64,000 nt of DNA from Candidatus Babelota bacterium (GTDB taxonomy: Bacteria; Babelota; Babeliae; Babelales; RVW-14). The translations under genes were made by a program, and so were the position numbers. The notes below the pieces were generated by a model, which ran no database searches, was not told the DNA's origin, and was given only the letters and a program-made list of their open reading frames with translations. This document shows, in pieces, positions 63,947 through 64,000 of the stretch. The first letter of the stretch is position 1; every line of letters begins with the position of its first letter. The stretch spans positions 1,773 to 65,772 of the forward strand of contig JABCZU010000006.1 in the NCBI GenBank assembly GCA_013289515.1, read 5' to 3'.

Positions 63947-64000
63947 TTACGCAAGTCGTAGAATATGAACTGAAGCACTAACATTTGCCTGTGTGCCCCC
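63947..64000 (-). CDS. 3' end of a fourth collagen-like paralogue, truncated by the window
   Basis: Translates as GGTQANVSASVHILRLA*, matching [17 protein letters not shown] at the end of 59154..61367. Confidence 0.8.
   Translation of the reverse strand, partial: GGTQANVSASVHILRLA

Overview
Bacterial chromosome segment whose gene content (secreted ankyrin, USP-type deubiquitinase and coiled-coil proteins, AAA+PD-(D/E)xK paralogues, a histone H1-like protein, Rickettsia-like palindromic repeats) suggests an intracellular, protist-associated bacterium, most plausibly Candidatus Dependentiae/TM6 (inference). Layout: partial rluD; a block of secreted, effector-like proteins (0.9-11.2 kb); an M16 peptidase reading in-frame into a histone H1-like protein; a membrane-anchored ndk; a GT-C membrane protein; a ~900 bp palindrome-rich element with ~115 bp inverted ends; split transketolase plus epimerase; two AAA-nuclease genes; a 22-gene glycan island (26.8-52.1 kb); priA; a G1 glutamic peptidase; a GT2-TPR gene and at least four GXT collagen-like genes. 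The most striking feature is the glycan island. By eye, every gene in it carries a signal-peptide-like N-terminal leader, including the normally cytosolic donor-synthesis enzymes Gmd, Fcl (fused to DUF1796) and Sat-CysC. The island also encodes fucosyl-, sulfo-, methyl- and glycosyltransferases but no flippase or polymerase. This points to an exported pathway for sulfated, fucosylated glycans, possibly acting on the nearby Thr-rich collagens or on host substrates. All family calls come from motif recognition; no database searches were run. No rRNA, tRNA or CRISPR array was seen.
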